A DNA stretch of 64,000 nt from Diadema antillarum. Lineage: Eukaryota. Where the stretch lies: assembly GCF_040938485.1 (NCBI RefSeq), contig NW_027272204.1, positions 186,001 to 250,000 of the forward strand. Direction: 5' to 3'. The translations under genes were made by a program, and so were the position numbers. The notes beneath the pieces were generated by a model, which ran no database searches, had not been told where the DNA came from, and saw only the letters and a list, made by a program, of their open reading frames with translations. This document shows, one piece after another, positions 24,808 through 37,515 of the stretch; the first letter of the stretch is position 1, and every line of letters begins with the position of its first letter.

Positions 24808-24840
24808 TAAGCGCCTGTGAGAAGCTACGATGCGAAGATA
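24808..24840 (-). promoter_or_regulatory. Conserved upstream block of SLC10 copy C
   Basis: TAAGCGCCTGTGAGAAGCTACGATGCGAAGATA matches 8740-8776. Confidence 0.5.
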
Positions 24841-27739
24841 GTCTACAGTTTTATTAACTCTTCCTGTGCCAATGGGAAACGTACACAAATTTCACACACA
24901 TCCTTGTGGACTGGAAATGAATGAAAGAGTGTTAACTGTTCCTTTGCGTGATATCCAGGATAACATTTACCAGGTCACAATAAATTCTATATCCACGCGT
25001 GCGAAAAACTCTGGTAATCAGAAAAAGTATAACAACTAACCCACAGTCGAGTACGTTGCACACCTGTTTGCCACCTATAGGTCATTATATTCGTCGTATA
25101 GCATGTATTTATCCAGTGTCTGCTTCGTGCACGTGTATATTTTAGTCCTATACGACGATGACTGAAAATGTACCACACAAAACGCAAGGCTGAGGATGGT
25201 TACACACGGTGCAAATCCTCACTGAAGTATCTCGGATCGATAACTGCTGAAACTCGTAGGTTTTAGAGCCAGTGAAAGAGGCAGTTTTCATCGGGTGAAT
25301 CCCTCCAAACGAACTCTTAACCACCGTTCAGAAGCAGGATATGCTACGCTCATAGTGCGGTGGGATGTAGGTATTTGGGCTGTTCCATTGGCGGCTTAGC
25401 CCCACGGAATGCTATTGTGAAAATGTGCTTGCCGTAGAAAGGGAGAAGGAAATAGAAGCAATAATACATGCCTCTTGATGTTTTGTTCAAAAGGGGCTGA
25501 CGATTTTTTTTTCTCTGAAATCCTCGAACCGTGTCTCGGACTCTTACTGTTTTTGTTTGTTGTTGTTTTCTGGGCTCGCCGGGAAGATTGTAGCATCAAG
25601 GCTGGCATCTTACCAAGGCACTATATCGCAGACCGCATATCATTCTTAAACGGACAAATTGTCAGTAACTATATGATATAGAGTTAGCGTCGTCCCCCAG
25701 AATTTATATTACCCATGCATAACTTCTGGGAAATATAAGGCACTCATAAGAACGAAAGTCGCATTTTGCATCTTATTCACTTTTTTGTTAAAATTCATCA
25801 ATATAATCAAAAAGTGTCAATTGGGGCTATTTTTTCAGTTTTCCAAGTTTCATTGCGGAAGAACAAACATTCCTGATGATTCGCAAATTCCGACACGAAC
25901 AGAGTAAAGAAAGAATTTCACAATGACATTCAATGAATGGGAAGGGATATCATGAGTATTCATCGTGTATTAAAAAGAGAAATAAAAGGTTCAGCCCACC
26001 GTCAATTGTGTTGAATGTATCAAAATACGCCAATTTCTCATTCGTAGCAAAATTAGTTGAGATCTGTTACACCGTGATTGGCTCGTTCCAGTAGTACGCG
26101 GTACGTTGCAGGTGGTGAAACATATTCTTTCCTTTTTTAAGGGAATTGAAAGAGAAATTAATAAACACTAAAAAACATGCTTACACATAAATAAACAAAC
26201 ACACGCACACAGACGCACATGTTATATACACATAAAAACAAACCTTCACAGGACAGGAGGCAAACCTTATGATAAACCTTTCAGCATTTTCAGCGGACCC
26301 CTCCCATGCACATACGCACACACATACACACCTGAATATACACGGAAAAAAATAGATTTATACTTGAAGGTTTACTTAAAAGGCATCTTAATTAATACAA
26401 CTCGAGGAAAGGAAAGGGGTCATTTCCGTGGACCAGCATAAGAGTATACATCAGAATCGATTCAAGGTGGTTTTAGGATAAATCATTGAATAGAAATTCT
26501 TTGAATTCATATTCAAATATAATAAAGAAGTTGAATAGCATTAGATCGATTAATAGAAAGAAAAGAAAGATAATTTAAACGACGATGTAATTACTAGCAT
26601 CAATAGTGATCGAGTGCCAATATGTGGATATAAGGAATTGTATTCACGGCGGAAAACCAAGAATCTATATCGAGCGTTTTTGTGTCATTTGATTCGGCAT
26701 TAAAATCTGTTCCTATACTATGATTCTTCGAAAGGAATTCATGACTGTAAACGAAGGATGATAGTTCCACGCTGTCTTTCCTTCGAGGATATTATTATAG
26801 GGAGTATCAAAACGATGGAAAAGTTTATTGCAAGAAATAATTGTAATCTGCAAGCGTGTATCAGAGAAAGTGGGTTTTGCTCAGACACTTGTTTTTTGAA
26901 ATGTTACTTTGTTATGATTGTTTCTTGACACCTCAGTTCATTGAATGCACATGACAGTTCATTAAGATTCAATGTTACAAAGTGCTTCTTTGTTGAAATA
27001 TTACAGTTATGTATTTGTGTTGATGAATATTGTATATATGGCATAGAGGAAAATAGATCCCAGTGGGCGAAAAAACAAACAACAGAGAATGCAAATGCCA
27101 TGAAAACAGTCGACTAAGCCTACAGGAGATTGGAACAGTGGTGTATCTGAAATTATGCAGCCAGTACAGTTCTTGAACTGTTGTTATAATTATACGCATA
27201 CACCGATGGAAAGGATATGTTACAATTTGGTAGTGGAATGGAAATAAAGTGTAAAAAGAGAAAGTATAGACAAGCAGAAATGAATATAGCACTGGCAAAA
27301 TCAGTCAATCAAGGGGACATTACGTTACAGCAGACCTTGAGGAGGCGTACAGAGTTGAGTACAAGAAAGTATTACTTGTGCAAGGTAATTCAGGCATTCA
27401 CAAGGGCACAATGGCTTCTGTATTATTACGTCATCAGTACAGCTCTATTGTGCCTTTTTCCTTCATTGTGACCTATTAGAACGCGTACAGGGGAGAGAAT
27501 GAAGGTGAACAATCGTCACTGATGAATGGCAACCCACACGAGTTGGACAAAAGCGGTTAGTCTGAAATCCGTTGGAAATACTGAAATGTGTCATATGGGT
27601 TGATGCGCTCTACCCTAATCCATGAGGGACCACTTGGAATAAAACAAGCTCAGAATTCATTCAAATGATGATGAAAAGAAAGAAAGAAGATTGAGAGGGC
27701 GTTAAAGTATATAACCACAACTAGTTTTTATCAACTTAC

Positions 27740-27853
27740 CGAGTTTGGTTGTCCATTGTTTACATCTTTGAAAGCGCTCGCTCTTCTTTTTAGTTATTCG
27801 CGGCTTCGCCGAGACTGAATTTGACGCTTTCTCGCGAAGTCGTTATAGTTATA
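27740..27853 (-). promoter_or_regulatory. Candidate TATA-like/Inr promoter plus short first exon
   Basis: On the minus strand: TATAAC at 27847, TCAGTC Inr-like with its A at 27816 (31 bp spacing), local CpG enrichment, and a perfect GTAAGT donor after 27740. Confidence 0.35.
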
Positions 27854-30800
27854 CAGCCCCCTCTCTCTATGCGATTTTATTACTCTTTTATGTTAAGAAA
27901 TGGTGAAATGATTCACGATTGCCAATTGGACGCAAAATAAGTAGGTTTTTGTGAGGACAAACACGAGGAAATCAAAGTGCCCTACTGAACTTTCCAAATT
28001 TCACTGTTATACATGCTGTGTGCAATGAGCATGTTGAGCCAAGAACAAAACTTTTATATCAAACCTTAGTGACGAAAATGATATGTAAGATGATATATTT
28101 CATTAACTCTTTTTCATCATGCATGGGTGTTGGTTGCCGTCAGAAAAAAACCCCACATTTTTCAGTCTTTCATTTTTAAGATAGGTATACGGTACAGCTT
28201 GATGATAGACAAGCTCAAAGTCTCTGCCGAGGAACCTTAATTGACAGTTCATGTTTATGAATTTGTATCACTGATCATTAGCTGTTTGTATTGATTCTGT
28301 TGACTGAAACCTTTAATTTTACAAATCTTTATCTAATGCAGCAACCAAATCGAATGATTTCAGTAGGAATCTCAATTTAAAGTTTTCAATTGATCTTAAA
28401 AGCTGCGTTCAGATGCTACCTACGCCATCCTGGAATTTGCGTGTGGTAGCTACTACGTGAAGATGGCATAGAATGAGAGGCAATTAATGAATCACCAATA
28501 GAATGAACGACATTTCATGCGAGCGCACTTCAGCTAAAAGTTCTACACTGGACCACCTACAGTAATACAATTTAAAGCATTTTGTAAAGAAGTCAAATGT
28601 GAATCCATGTGACGATTGATTTGAGTGGAACCCTTTTCGTGTGTGCGCGCTTGTGTGGATGTAGGCCTATATGCGCGTGCGTAGTTTTTTCAGCTTATCA
28701 GTCGTTACCCACTGAATAGGATTAAGGTACGCAATAACATGATATTTTGAAGAACTGTTGTTCCTAGAATGCATGACACTAGCGACTATAACACATGGAG
28801 TCTCGTACATGTATTTCTAATGGCGTCGGACGGTCGAGGAACAAGAACAAGACGGGTCAGATAGGGTATCTTTCGTAAAGAGTAATACATAATTGATACT
28901 GGGTGTGCTTCATATTTATTACTGCACAGATGACATGTATCACTGTTTTACACGAATGTATGTTGGTCGTTGCCGTTCTGAGATAAATTGGCAGGGTACT
29001 CGGACGTAAATATATCATTGTGCCCGACATACCTGTTTATCTTATTTACCTGCTCACCGGGGAAAAAATAAGTGAATGAATGAATCTTGAATTCTTTCTG
29101 CAAGATGTTTGCATCATGTTTTGATTGAATATATTTTGTTGGATATATCTATAGATATATCTCTCCCTTAACGGTATGCAATTCTCAATATTCTCAATTT
29201 TCATCCCTCTGCGCCGCATAGGTCATTAGATTGATGGTGCATTGCAAGTGTTGTATTCATTGTTATTATTATTATTGTTGTTGTTGTTGAAAAGAGGGTT
29301 TCAAAACTCTGGTAAACGCGCAAACAAAACTCTCAAACCAAGCAGTTCAGAGCATAAAATCGATTCGTCATGAATTAGACTTTTGAAATAAGATAAGAGA
29401 AAGAAGGGCCGTAAATAAACAAAGACTGAAGACTGGAGATCTTAAGTGTTTTTCCCTTAAGACAATTATGTTCGCTTGATGCGCTGTTTGTTATTATGTG
29501 TAAAATTGCTCATATACAATACATTACTATAAGAGGTGACTGCGAATGCACTCTATGCCATATTATGCGACTCTACTTCTGCCATGTCTTTTGAAGTTCT
29601 CATGAACTTTGGAACCTTTGTCAGGAGCCGAAAACGTATACAGAGAATGGCTTTCTATTCATGGCATGTGTTATTCACCTCGCAGTTTTTTGCTCCCAAA
29701 AATGTCTACAGAAGCGTCACATCAGACCAAGATAAACTCCTAAACCAACAACAAAAATGAAGGCATACTTGATGTTAAATATTTTCTTTATACACTCCTG
29801 ATGTTAATGATGTCGGCCTTGATAAATGACCAAGAGCAACTATTATGTTCTATGACCTGTCTATAATCATTGCCTTCAAAAATATCGTACAGCTTAAATT
29901 ACATTCGGAAGGACACTGCGTGCAAAAAAAAAAAAAAAATCAGATTTAATGTTGAATGTGACGACTCAACGGCGAGGGCCATTTCGATGAAATTCATCGG
30001 CAAGAATCGTTAATTACGCTATTGAAAACGCCCATAATGCAGTTACATAAAGTATTATATTTCTTGAATTCTTCTGCTGCCGCGCAAGGAACTTTGATAG
30101 ATCAAGATCTTTAGAGCTATATCTTGTACGATAAACAGACGTGAATTCATTTCGTCAGCCGTGAACAAAGTTATTTTTCACCTCAATTATTGAAAGACTT
30201 TGTTCACTTAATAATTGTCCACACCGTTCAAATTTTGCTCGCAAATTTAAGAGATATGAATAGGATCGAGGGCCATGTTTCTATCTCAGATCTGGTACGC
30301 ATTTAGACGCTATATAAATTTGAACTAAAATCGTTATCATAAACATCGTGGTAACAATTACATTTTGTACTGCAATACATTATTTTTACCCGGCATTCTT
30401 TGTTTTCAAATTGTGAGAGATTCTTTTTACGACGGGTCGTTGTCAGACATTACGAAAAGTATAAGGGAAATGTGTGAGGATTATTATGTGAACAAAACCA
30501 AAACAAACCAACAGTTGACGCATCAGTTAAAGACTTCCATTTTTGTTGTTCCTTTTTTTCCTCTTTTTGTTAGGGGGGGGGGGGGAGGGTGGGGGGGAGG
30601 CTCATGTTTGAAAGGCAGAAAGCTATTATGCCAGTAGATATGGAGGAGAATATTCGAAATGTTGAAATGTATGATTGTGAAAGACAAACATACCGGCTGA
30701 TCAATGCATATATACATCATGTGTATAACAATGGAAAAAAGGGAAGATATTGATTCACGACAAACTCACCCACTTTGACTAGTTTGTCCTCTGTTCCTCT

Positions 30801-31397
30801 ATTTCTTCCAACCTGGAGGTCGAGGTCCTAACTCTCAGATCCCGCCTGTGCACACCTGAGGATAGAATGTGTCTCTCGATAGCCCTGTGGCATCGGGCTT
30901 TTTAAACTTTAAACTGGTCTGCGCACCACTTACGGAGGTGCTCATGTGGAAACATCCGCCTTGAATCATCGAGCGCGCAACCACTTTAAATAATATGAAA
31001 CAGAAAGAAAAAAGCGGGCCAGTTAATGAGATGAGAAGTTATTGGCTGGTTGAAAGCTATAAAACGAACTTCCCATTCTATACACACCTTATACACCACG
31101 CACCGTGGGTGTCCCTGTAATAAATAGCACTTGCAATCGAAGGCTGCACACGTAATACTATTTAGAGGTGTGCGCTGTATTCTGTGAATAAACATGGCAC
31201 AACAATGGAGGATGAGAAAGGAAGATCACAGTTTGCGTTTGAAAGCCCCGCGATGTTTGCTAAGAGTGTCAAGAAAGTGACGAGATGGCACAGAGAGCCA
31301 CAGGCTGGGAATGAGAGATGGAGAGGAATGGAGGGATGGATAGAAAGAAGGGCAGAGGGAGAGAATGGGTGAAGAAAGGAGGTAAACATGTGTCTTT

Positions 31398-31960
31398 GTG
31401 AACTCTTCAACTATCAATGGTGAAAAATGAGATAGAACATTTTTTTTTTCGTTTTTGTGAGTACATTTGCGTCTGTATTTTCCAGCAGACGACATAAACA
31501 TGTCTTAGTATAATTGTCTACCTATACATTCAAACGAACCCTCTTTTGAGGAATGAAACCCAAAGATTTGATCCCGAAGTATTTGAGTGTCTGTGAACTC
31601 TTCAACCATCAACGGTAAAAATGCGATAGAACATGTTTTTTCCTTTTTTTGTGAGTACATTTGCGTGTGTATTTTCCAGCAGACGACATAAATATGTCTT
31701 TGTATAATTGTCTACGTATACATTCAAACGAACCCTCTTATGAGGAATGAAACCCAAAGAATTGATCTAGGGATTTCAGTCGTTGTGAGCTCTTCAACTA
31801 TCAATGGTGACAATGCGACAGAACATTTCTTTTTCTTTTTCTTTTTGTGTGAGTACATTTGCGTCTTTATTTTCCAGCATAGGACTTGTCTTTGTATATA
31901 TGTCTATACGTATGCATTCAAACGAGCGTTCTTGTGAGGAATAAAACACAAAAATTTGAT
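31398..31960. repeat. Tandem repeat, about 3 x 193 bp
   Basis: GTGA(A/G)CTCTTCAAC recurs at 31398, 31593 and 31785 with alignable units. Confidence 0.85.
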
Positions 31961-32199
31961 ACATTATCGTGGTTGATATACCATGTATACCTTTGTCTTT
32001 CCATGCTAACGCTACCAACAGTGCGCTGCTGGGTTCCTCCTCACACGACCTTCAACAAGACAATCGTTCATGTATATAAGCACATTGGAAAGTAAAACAA
32101 AAAGAAATGAATTACCTTTTGAATTTTAGAATCGTTTCCAGAAAATTGAGTAGACAGTCCTTATTGATTAAATACATGTGACATATCATATTACGTTCA

Positions 32200-32204
32200 T
32201 TTGT

Positions 32205-32242
<38 letters not shown>
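32200..32242. repeat. (GT)n microsatellite
   Basis: Direct reading of the sequence. Confidence 0.9.
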
Positions 32243-32244
<2 letters not shown>

Positions 32245-32501
32245 TTTCATTCAGGGAAGACGACCTTTGCCAGGAGAATGTTTTACTAGCAAAATTGTTT
32301 TTGTCAGCAGCATGCATGCGAAAAAAAATTAAGGTCTGGAGTAAAGAAATTTCTTAATGAAAAGAGAGGGAGAGTTAAACTCCAAGAAAATCCACGAAAA
32401 TTTGGACGGGAGTTCTTAGTTGAGGCAATTACTCAAAATGATAAGGTATGTAGATTATCATGCCATCTCTTGTGGATTGAAAGTCTGCACCATCTTTATT
32501 G

Positions 32502-32538
<37 letters not shown>

Positions 32539-33125
32539 CTAATGATATTCTTTATTTGAATTTCATTCAATATCAGGTCCATGTTAACAACAAAATTAAT
32601 ATGAACAAAAACAAAACAAGCAGCTGTATTCTTCTCTCTTGTGCTGCTAAAAAAGAAGAACTTGCAATTTCCCTGTATATTTGTTGGTATTTTTTTCATT
32701 TCTTTCTCTATGTTTCGGTCATCTGTTGTACCCGTGCTCCTCATCTCAATCTGTAGCGCGAATTTAAGAATTGGGACCTACGCTCCACAAGCTTGTTTTT
32801 TAGTGGGTTCCTTATATTTCTTTAGTATTCATTCCCATATTCTAACTTTTATGGATCGACCATTATGTGTTATATGTTTACAGTGTCTCCTAGCTGGGTA
32901 TCATGTATTATTCAATGTTGTTACATTTGATGTATTTTTTATAATTCATTGAGAAATATGAAAATAAATAAAATGAAATGAGTAAATAATTTTTCCAGCA
33001 TACAGTACAATATATTTTTTTCACAGATCATACCATGTTTATGTAAGAAAAATGACATGAAATTCTGCATATCTCTCAGAAAAAGCTATCTTGATTAACC
33101 TTATCAAGCCAAAATCCTTTTTGCC

Positions 33126-33131
<6 letters not shown>

Positions 33132-33180
<49 letters not shown>

Positions 33181-33185
33181 ACAAA
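33132..33185. repeat. (AC)n microsatellite
   Basis: Direct reading of the sequence. Confidence 0.9.
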
Positions 33186-33337
33186 CACAAAATCAGCACG
33201 ACAGCAAGCCACAGGTAAATGGTCTGATTATGCTTGAAGAAATTATTTAACATTGATTATTGCCGTGTTCAGTGTCGTGCTGCATATAGCTAAGAGAGTG
33301 AATGGCGATTCATTGGAGGTTCACAATATTACAGTTA

Positions 33338-33385
<48 letters not shown>

Positions 33386-34458
33386 CTTATATGTATTCTC
33401 TTTTTACAGGTTGGCTGAATGCATTGTGCGATCATTCAATCTTGAATTCCTTTCTGACGTGACCCTGAGTTGACATTCTTGGGAGGTATCTTACACAAAA
33501 CGCTTCACCCCGAAGATTGGTATAGGGGCATAAGATACCATGAATTCGCGCAGAGATGCGGGAGAATTTAATTGCTGAATCAGGGCCCTCTTAAATATTT
33601 ACAGAAAACCATTCATTCTTTTCAACATATCGCTATCGGAGGCACACAAGCGACCAGTGCGCTAACAAAGGACAAAAAACACACAAATAAACAAGTTTTG
33701 CCAGTTTTGGCTCGGTGCCAGTTATTGAGAATCCACTGGGGGTGAGGATTGGTCGAACGTTAGCTTTTTAGACTTTGTGCCATAGGTTCACACCCTTCCG
33801 ATTCTTGGCTTAACGACATCATACGTTTAATAGCTAGGAATATCCCTGGGTGAACTTTACCCCCGCCAGTGTACTGTTATTGCCTCGTGAGTGTAGTGAG
33901 GATCACACTTTCCACCGCCCTCCCAAAGACCGCTCTGCACATCATTGGTCAATACCTCGAAACCAACAGGACGCCAGTTAATTTGAAAAGCTTTAACATT
34001 TCGATGTTATCACGCTTGCACCACAAATTGTTATGCTTGTTTACCGTTTCATCATGGCTATACTATACACAGTCTCTGTTGCCACTCAATACATCATGCA
34101 CAACGACACTTCAGAAAACTCGGCATGTTCAAGTTCAAGTTGATTTATTTCACTTCCAACAAACAAATAATTACAGAAATACAATGAAACGCTCGTATAC
34201 ACAGACGTCAGGAAATCAGTACCACAATGCGATGAAAAGGGTAACGTTGTAGAAGAGATACAGGTAAATTATCAACAGAGATACAAATAACTGTTACGTC
34301 ACTGTGGTAAATGCATAAACAATACTGCTGGAAATGAAGGGAACTGCTAAAAAGCAGAGCTTGTAGAATGCAGTCCCCTCATGGAGAAAAAAAAAAAAAA
34401 TGTGCCGACTTTGATGGAATGGCTCTGCGGGCTATCGCATAAGGTTGACCAAACGCCG

Positions 34459-34614
34459 NNNNNNNNNNNNNNNNNNNNNNNNNNNNNNNNNNNNNNNNNN
34501 NNNNNNNNNNNNNNNNNNNNNNNNNNNNNNNNNNNNNNNNNNNNNNNNNNNNNNNNNNNNNNNNNNNNNNNNNNNNNNNNNNNNNNNNNNNNNNNNNNNN
34601 NNNNNNNNNNNNNN
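34459..34614. other. Assembly gap (156 N)
   Basis: Run of N. Confidence 1.
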
Positions 34615-35173
34615 AGCTCGCCACTAACACTTTTCCCAATGTATGTTAATTCTTTTTCTCTCACTCTGGTGCTGGTGCTGACAACACATCACTGAATATG
34701 AAAGTTTGGTGACCTGAAAGAATAAAGAGTGGCAAAAAACAGAAGGAAACATAAAACTTCATTTCAATATTTTAGCTGCCTGATCAGGCTACCAAAAAAT
34801 ACTCTTTTTGGAAATTTGGTAGCTCGACTTCAATCTTTAGTGGACCCGGGCCATCGGCCCAGTGCTAAAGAGCTGTGTTTAGGTCAAGCAAATAGATCAG
34901 TGAAAGTTACATCACAGTCAAACACAAAATAAGAATGCTTTGGAGTATTGGATGACACCAAATTTTTATATAATACATGGTCATGTATCATACAAATTCA
35001 TGTGATAATATGTCCATAACATTTCAGGTAATAATATTACTACATGTGATCATTTATTGATTCAGTTTACAATATTATTTATTAAGAAGGAAATTCAGAT
35101 TTGCAAGATTTGAATGCAATATGTTATCTCATCACATTCGCATATCTGACTGTGACCAATTTCAGTCATTTAA

Positions 35174-35733
35174 AGGACAAGTTCACCTTCATAAACATAA
35201 GGATTGAGAGAATGCAACAATATTAGTAGAACACATCAGTGAAAGTTTGAGGAAAATTGGACAATCGATGCAAAAGTTATGAATTTTTAAAATTTTTGTG
35301 TTGGAACCGCTGGATGAGGAGACTACTACAGCTTGTGAGTCATATGCGTACAACAGTATAAAGAAAATGTAAAGAAAATTCAACATATTTTCATTTTTTT
35401 CGCATAATAAAAGAGTATTTGACTTGCCTCTTTCTAAAGGTAGGGGGAATAATATTATCCATGACATATATGTCAGTAACGAGTCAAGGGAATGTGCACT
35501 TTTTTCAAAAGATGAAATTTTGTGAAATTCTCTTTATATTTTCCTTATATTGTTGTACGCATGTGACATCGTACACTGCAGTAGTCTTCTCATCCAGCGG
35601 TTACTGCACAAAAACTTCAAAAATTCATAACTTTTGAACGGATTGTCCGATTTTCCTCAAACTTTCAATGATGTGTTCTACTAATATTGCTACATTTTCT
35701 CAATCCTTATGTTTATGAAGGTGAACTTGTCCT
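35174..35733. mobile_element. Non-autonomous DNA transposon, Kolobok-like (TTAA TSD, about 155-bp TIRs), copy 1
   Basis: TTAA|AGGACAAGTTCACCTTCATAAAC...GTTTATGAAGGTGAACTTGTCCT|TTAA. RR...YY termini with a TTAA target fit Kolobok rather than piggyBac (CCY termini). A second copy is at 52226. Confidence 0.85.
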
Positions 35734-36367
35734 TTAAGTATGTTGTATCTTGCCTGACTGATAAGTTTTGTCAAACAAAACAACAACAACAAATGTTGCG
35801 ATGAATGATGCAATGCATGTGATGGCAGCATCTGCTTACGGTATTCAAAACGCGCAAACATGAAGCCAGCAATGAAAGAGCGATTTGATCAACCACAATA
35901 GAGCCTTACAGAGCGCCCAACCAAAACATCCAGGGGCTTTGCTTTGTAGCTGCAATGATTTTTCTTTCCTTCCTGCACTTCTACTAAACCCATTCATACA
36001 CATCAGTGCATGCCAGCATTCCATATATTCACAACACTGACATTAATTTTGCAGACCCTGCGGCTAAATAAAAGACACCCAAACCAATTCTATCATTCTA
36101 AATTCCAGCCTATCTGCCCTTGTGCACTTTCAAGCACTTGCACGCACATTCACCACCATCTCACATCAGAGTTTATTTTTCCTGCTATCTTCGCAGCAGA
36201 ATTTGTATTGTTACGAATCTAGTACGTCCCTACCTTTTCCTCGGGCCGGCCATCTTTTCAAGCAATGCTTCCAATGGCGGCCCTCTGCATAATCACTTCT
36301 TAACTACAATCTTTATTGTAATCCCTGCTGCATAGACATGCATACTGTATATCATTAATTTCCTTTG

Positions 36368-36543
36368 ATATCGTTGTTTATGCAAGTCAAATGACTTTGA
36401 GTTAAATTTTCTTTGTATATTTCCTACATGTTCATGATTATGTAACTTATGTATATCGTTGTTTATGCAAGTCAAACGACTCTGTGTTAAATTTACTTCG
36501 TATATTTCCTACATGTTCACGATTATGTAACTTATGTATATCG
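36368..36543. repeat. Tandem duplication, 2 x 85 bp
   Basis: ATATCG recurs at 36368, 36453 and 36538 with near-identical units. Confidence 0.85.
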
Positions 36544-37387
36544 ATTTGCAGAAAATAAAGTATCCATCAAACAACAACAAAACGGGGATGGTAGACACCT
36601 TCATGGGGGAAAAACAAAACAAAACATAAACACAGACACATCCGTATGTGACAACAGGAGACAGGATTTCTAAGTTGCTTGTATCTTTTAATTTCAACAG
36701 ATATCAGTCTGCTGTGGTTAAAGAAAAGCGCACACATGGTCTGGTTTTCAGTGAGTAAAATTAAAGACAAACGAAGCAAAAATATAACCTCATTTCTGAA
36801 TGAAAATTCACATCAGATTTTGTGCATGTAACCTGATATATGTATACATATTATATTACTATACACGCTAACTATTTTGTGAATCATTAAAACACCTAAA
36901 TTTAGAAAAGATTTATGAGCAGGGTAATGCTTGACTTAGAGGCAATGCAATCATTTAATCAAATTTGCACAAGTGATCATGAACAATATCAGCAAATATC
37001 TTTTTTCATTTTGCCTGATTTTTATAATTTTGTTAGACTGTCTTTACTTCCATTACTTTTGCCAAGTTGCAAAGTGGAAAGGAGTACTTCTATAAAGCTT
37101 TGAACAAGTACAGCACTCTTTAGATTTCAATTATGATGATTCAAGAAGAATGGCACAGTCGACGTCAAATAAGAAAACTTCCATGGGGACCGAAGGTATC
37201 TGGTCACCTAACGAACTCATATTTGATCTGCTCATTGCAATATGCAAACAACTTCCTTGCAAGAGAGAGGGCTCTGATATACCACAAAGAAGCCTTACCA
37301 AGCCATCAACCAAAACAGCCAGGGAGTTTGCTTGTTTAAGGGGAATAGGACCCAAATATCTACAAAGATGGCTCCAGTCAATGCAGC

Positions 37388-37515
37388 AATATTAGCAGAA
37401 CGCATCGGTGAAATTTGAGGAAAACCGGACAATCCATTAAAAAGACATGAATTTTTGAAGTTTCAGTGCTCACACTGCTGGATGAAAAGATTACAACAGT
37501 TTGTGACATAATGCA
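37388..37515. mobile_element. Degenerate fragment related to the Kolobok-like TIR
   Basis: AATATTAGCAGAAC..TGAAATTTGAGGAAAA..GGACAATC..ATGAATTTTT..GCTGGATGA aligns with 35218-35330. Confidence 0.55.
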
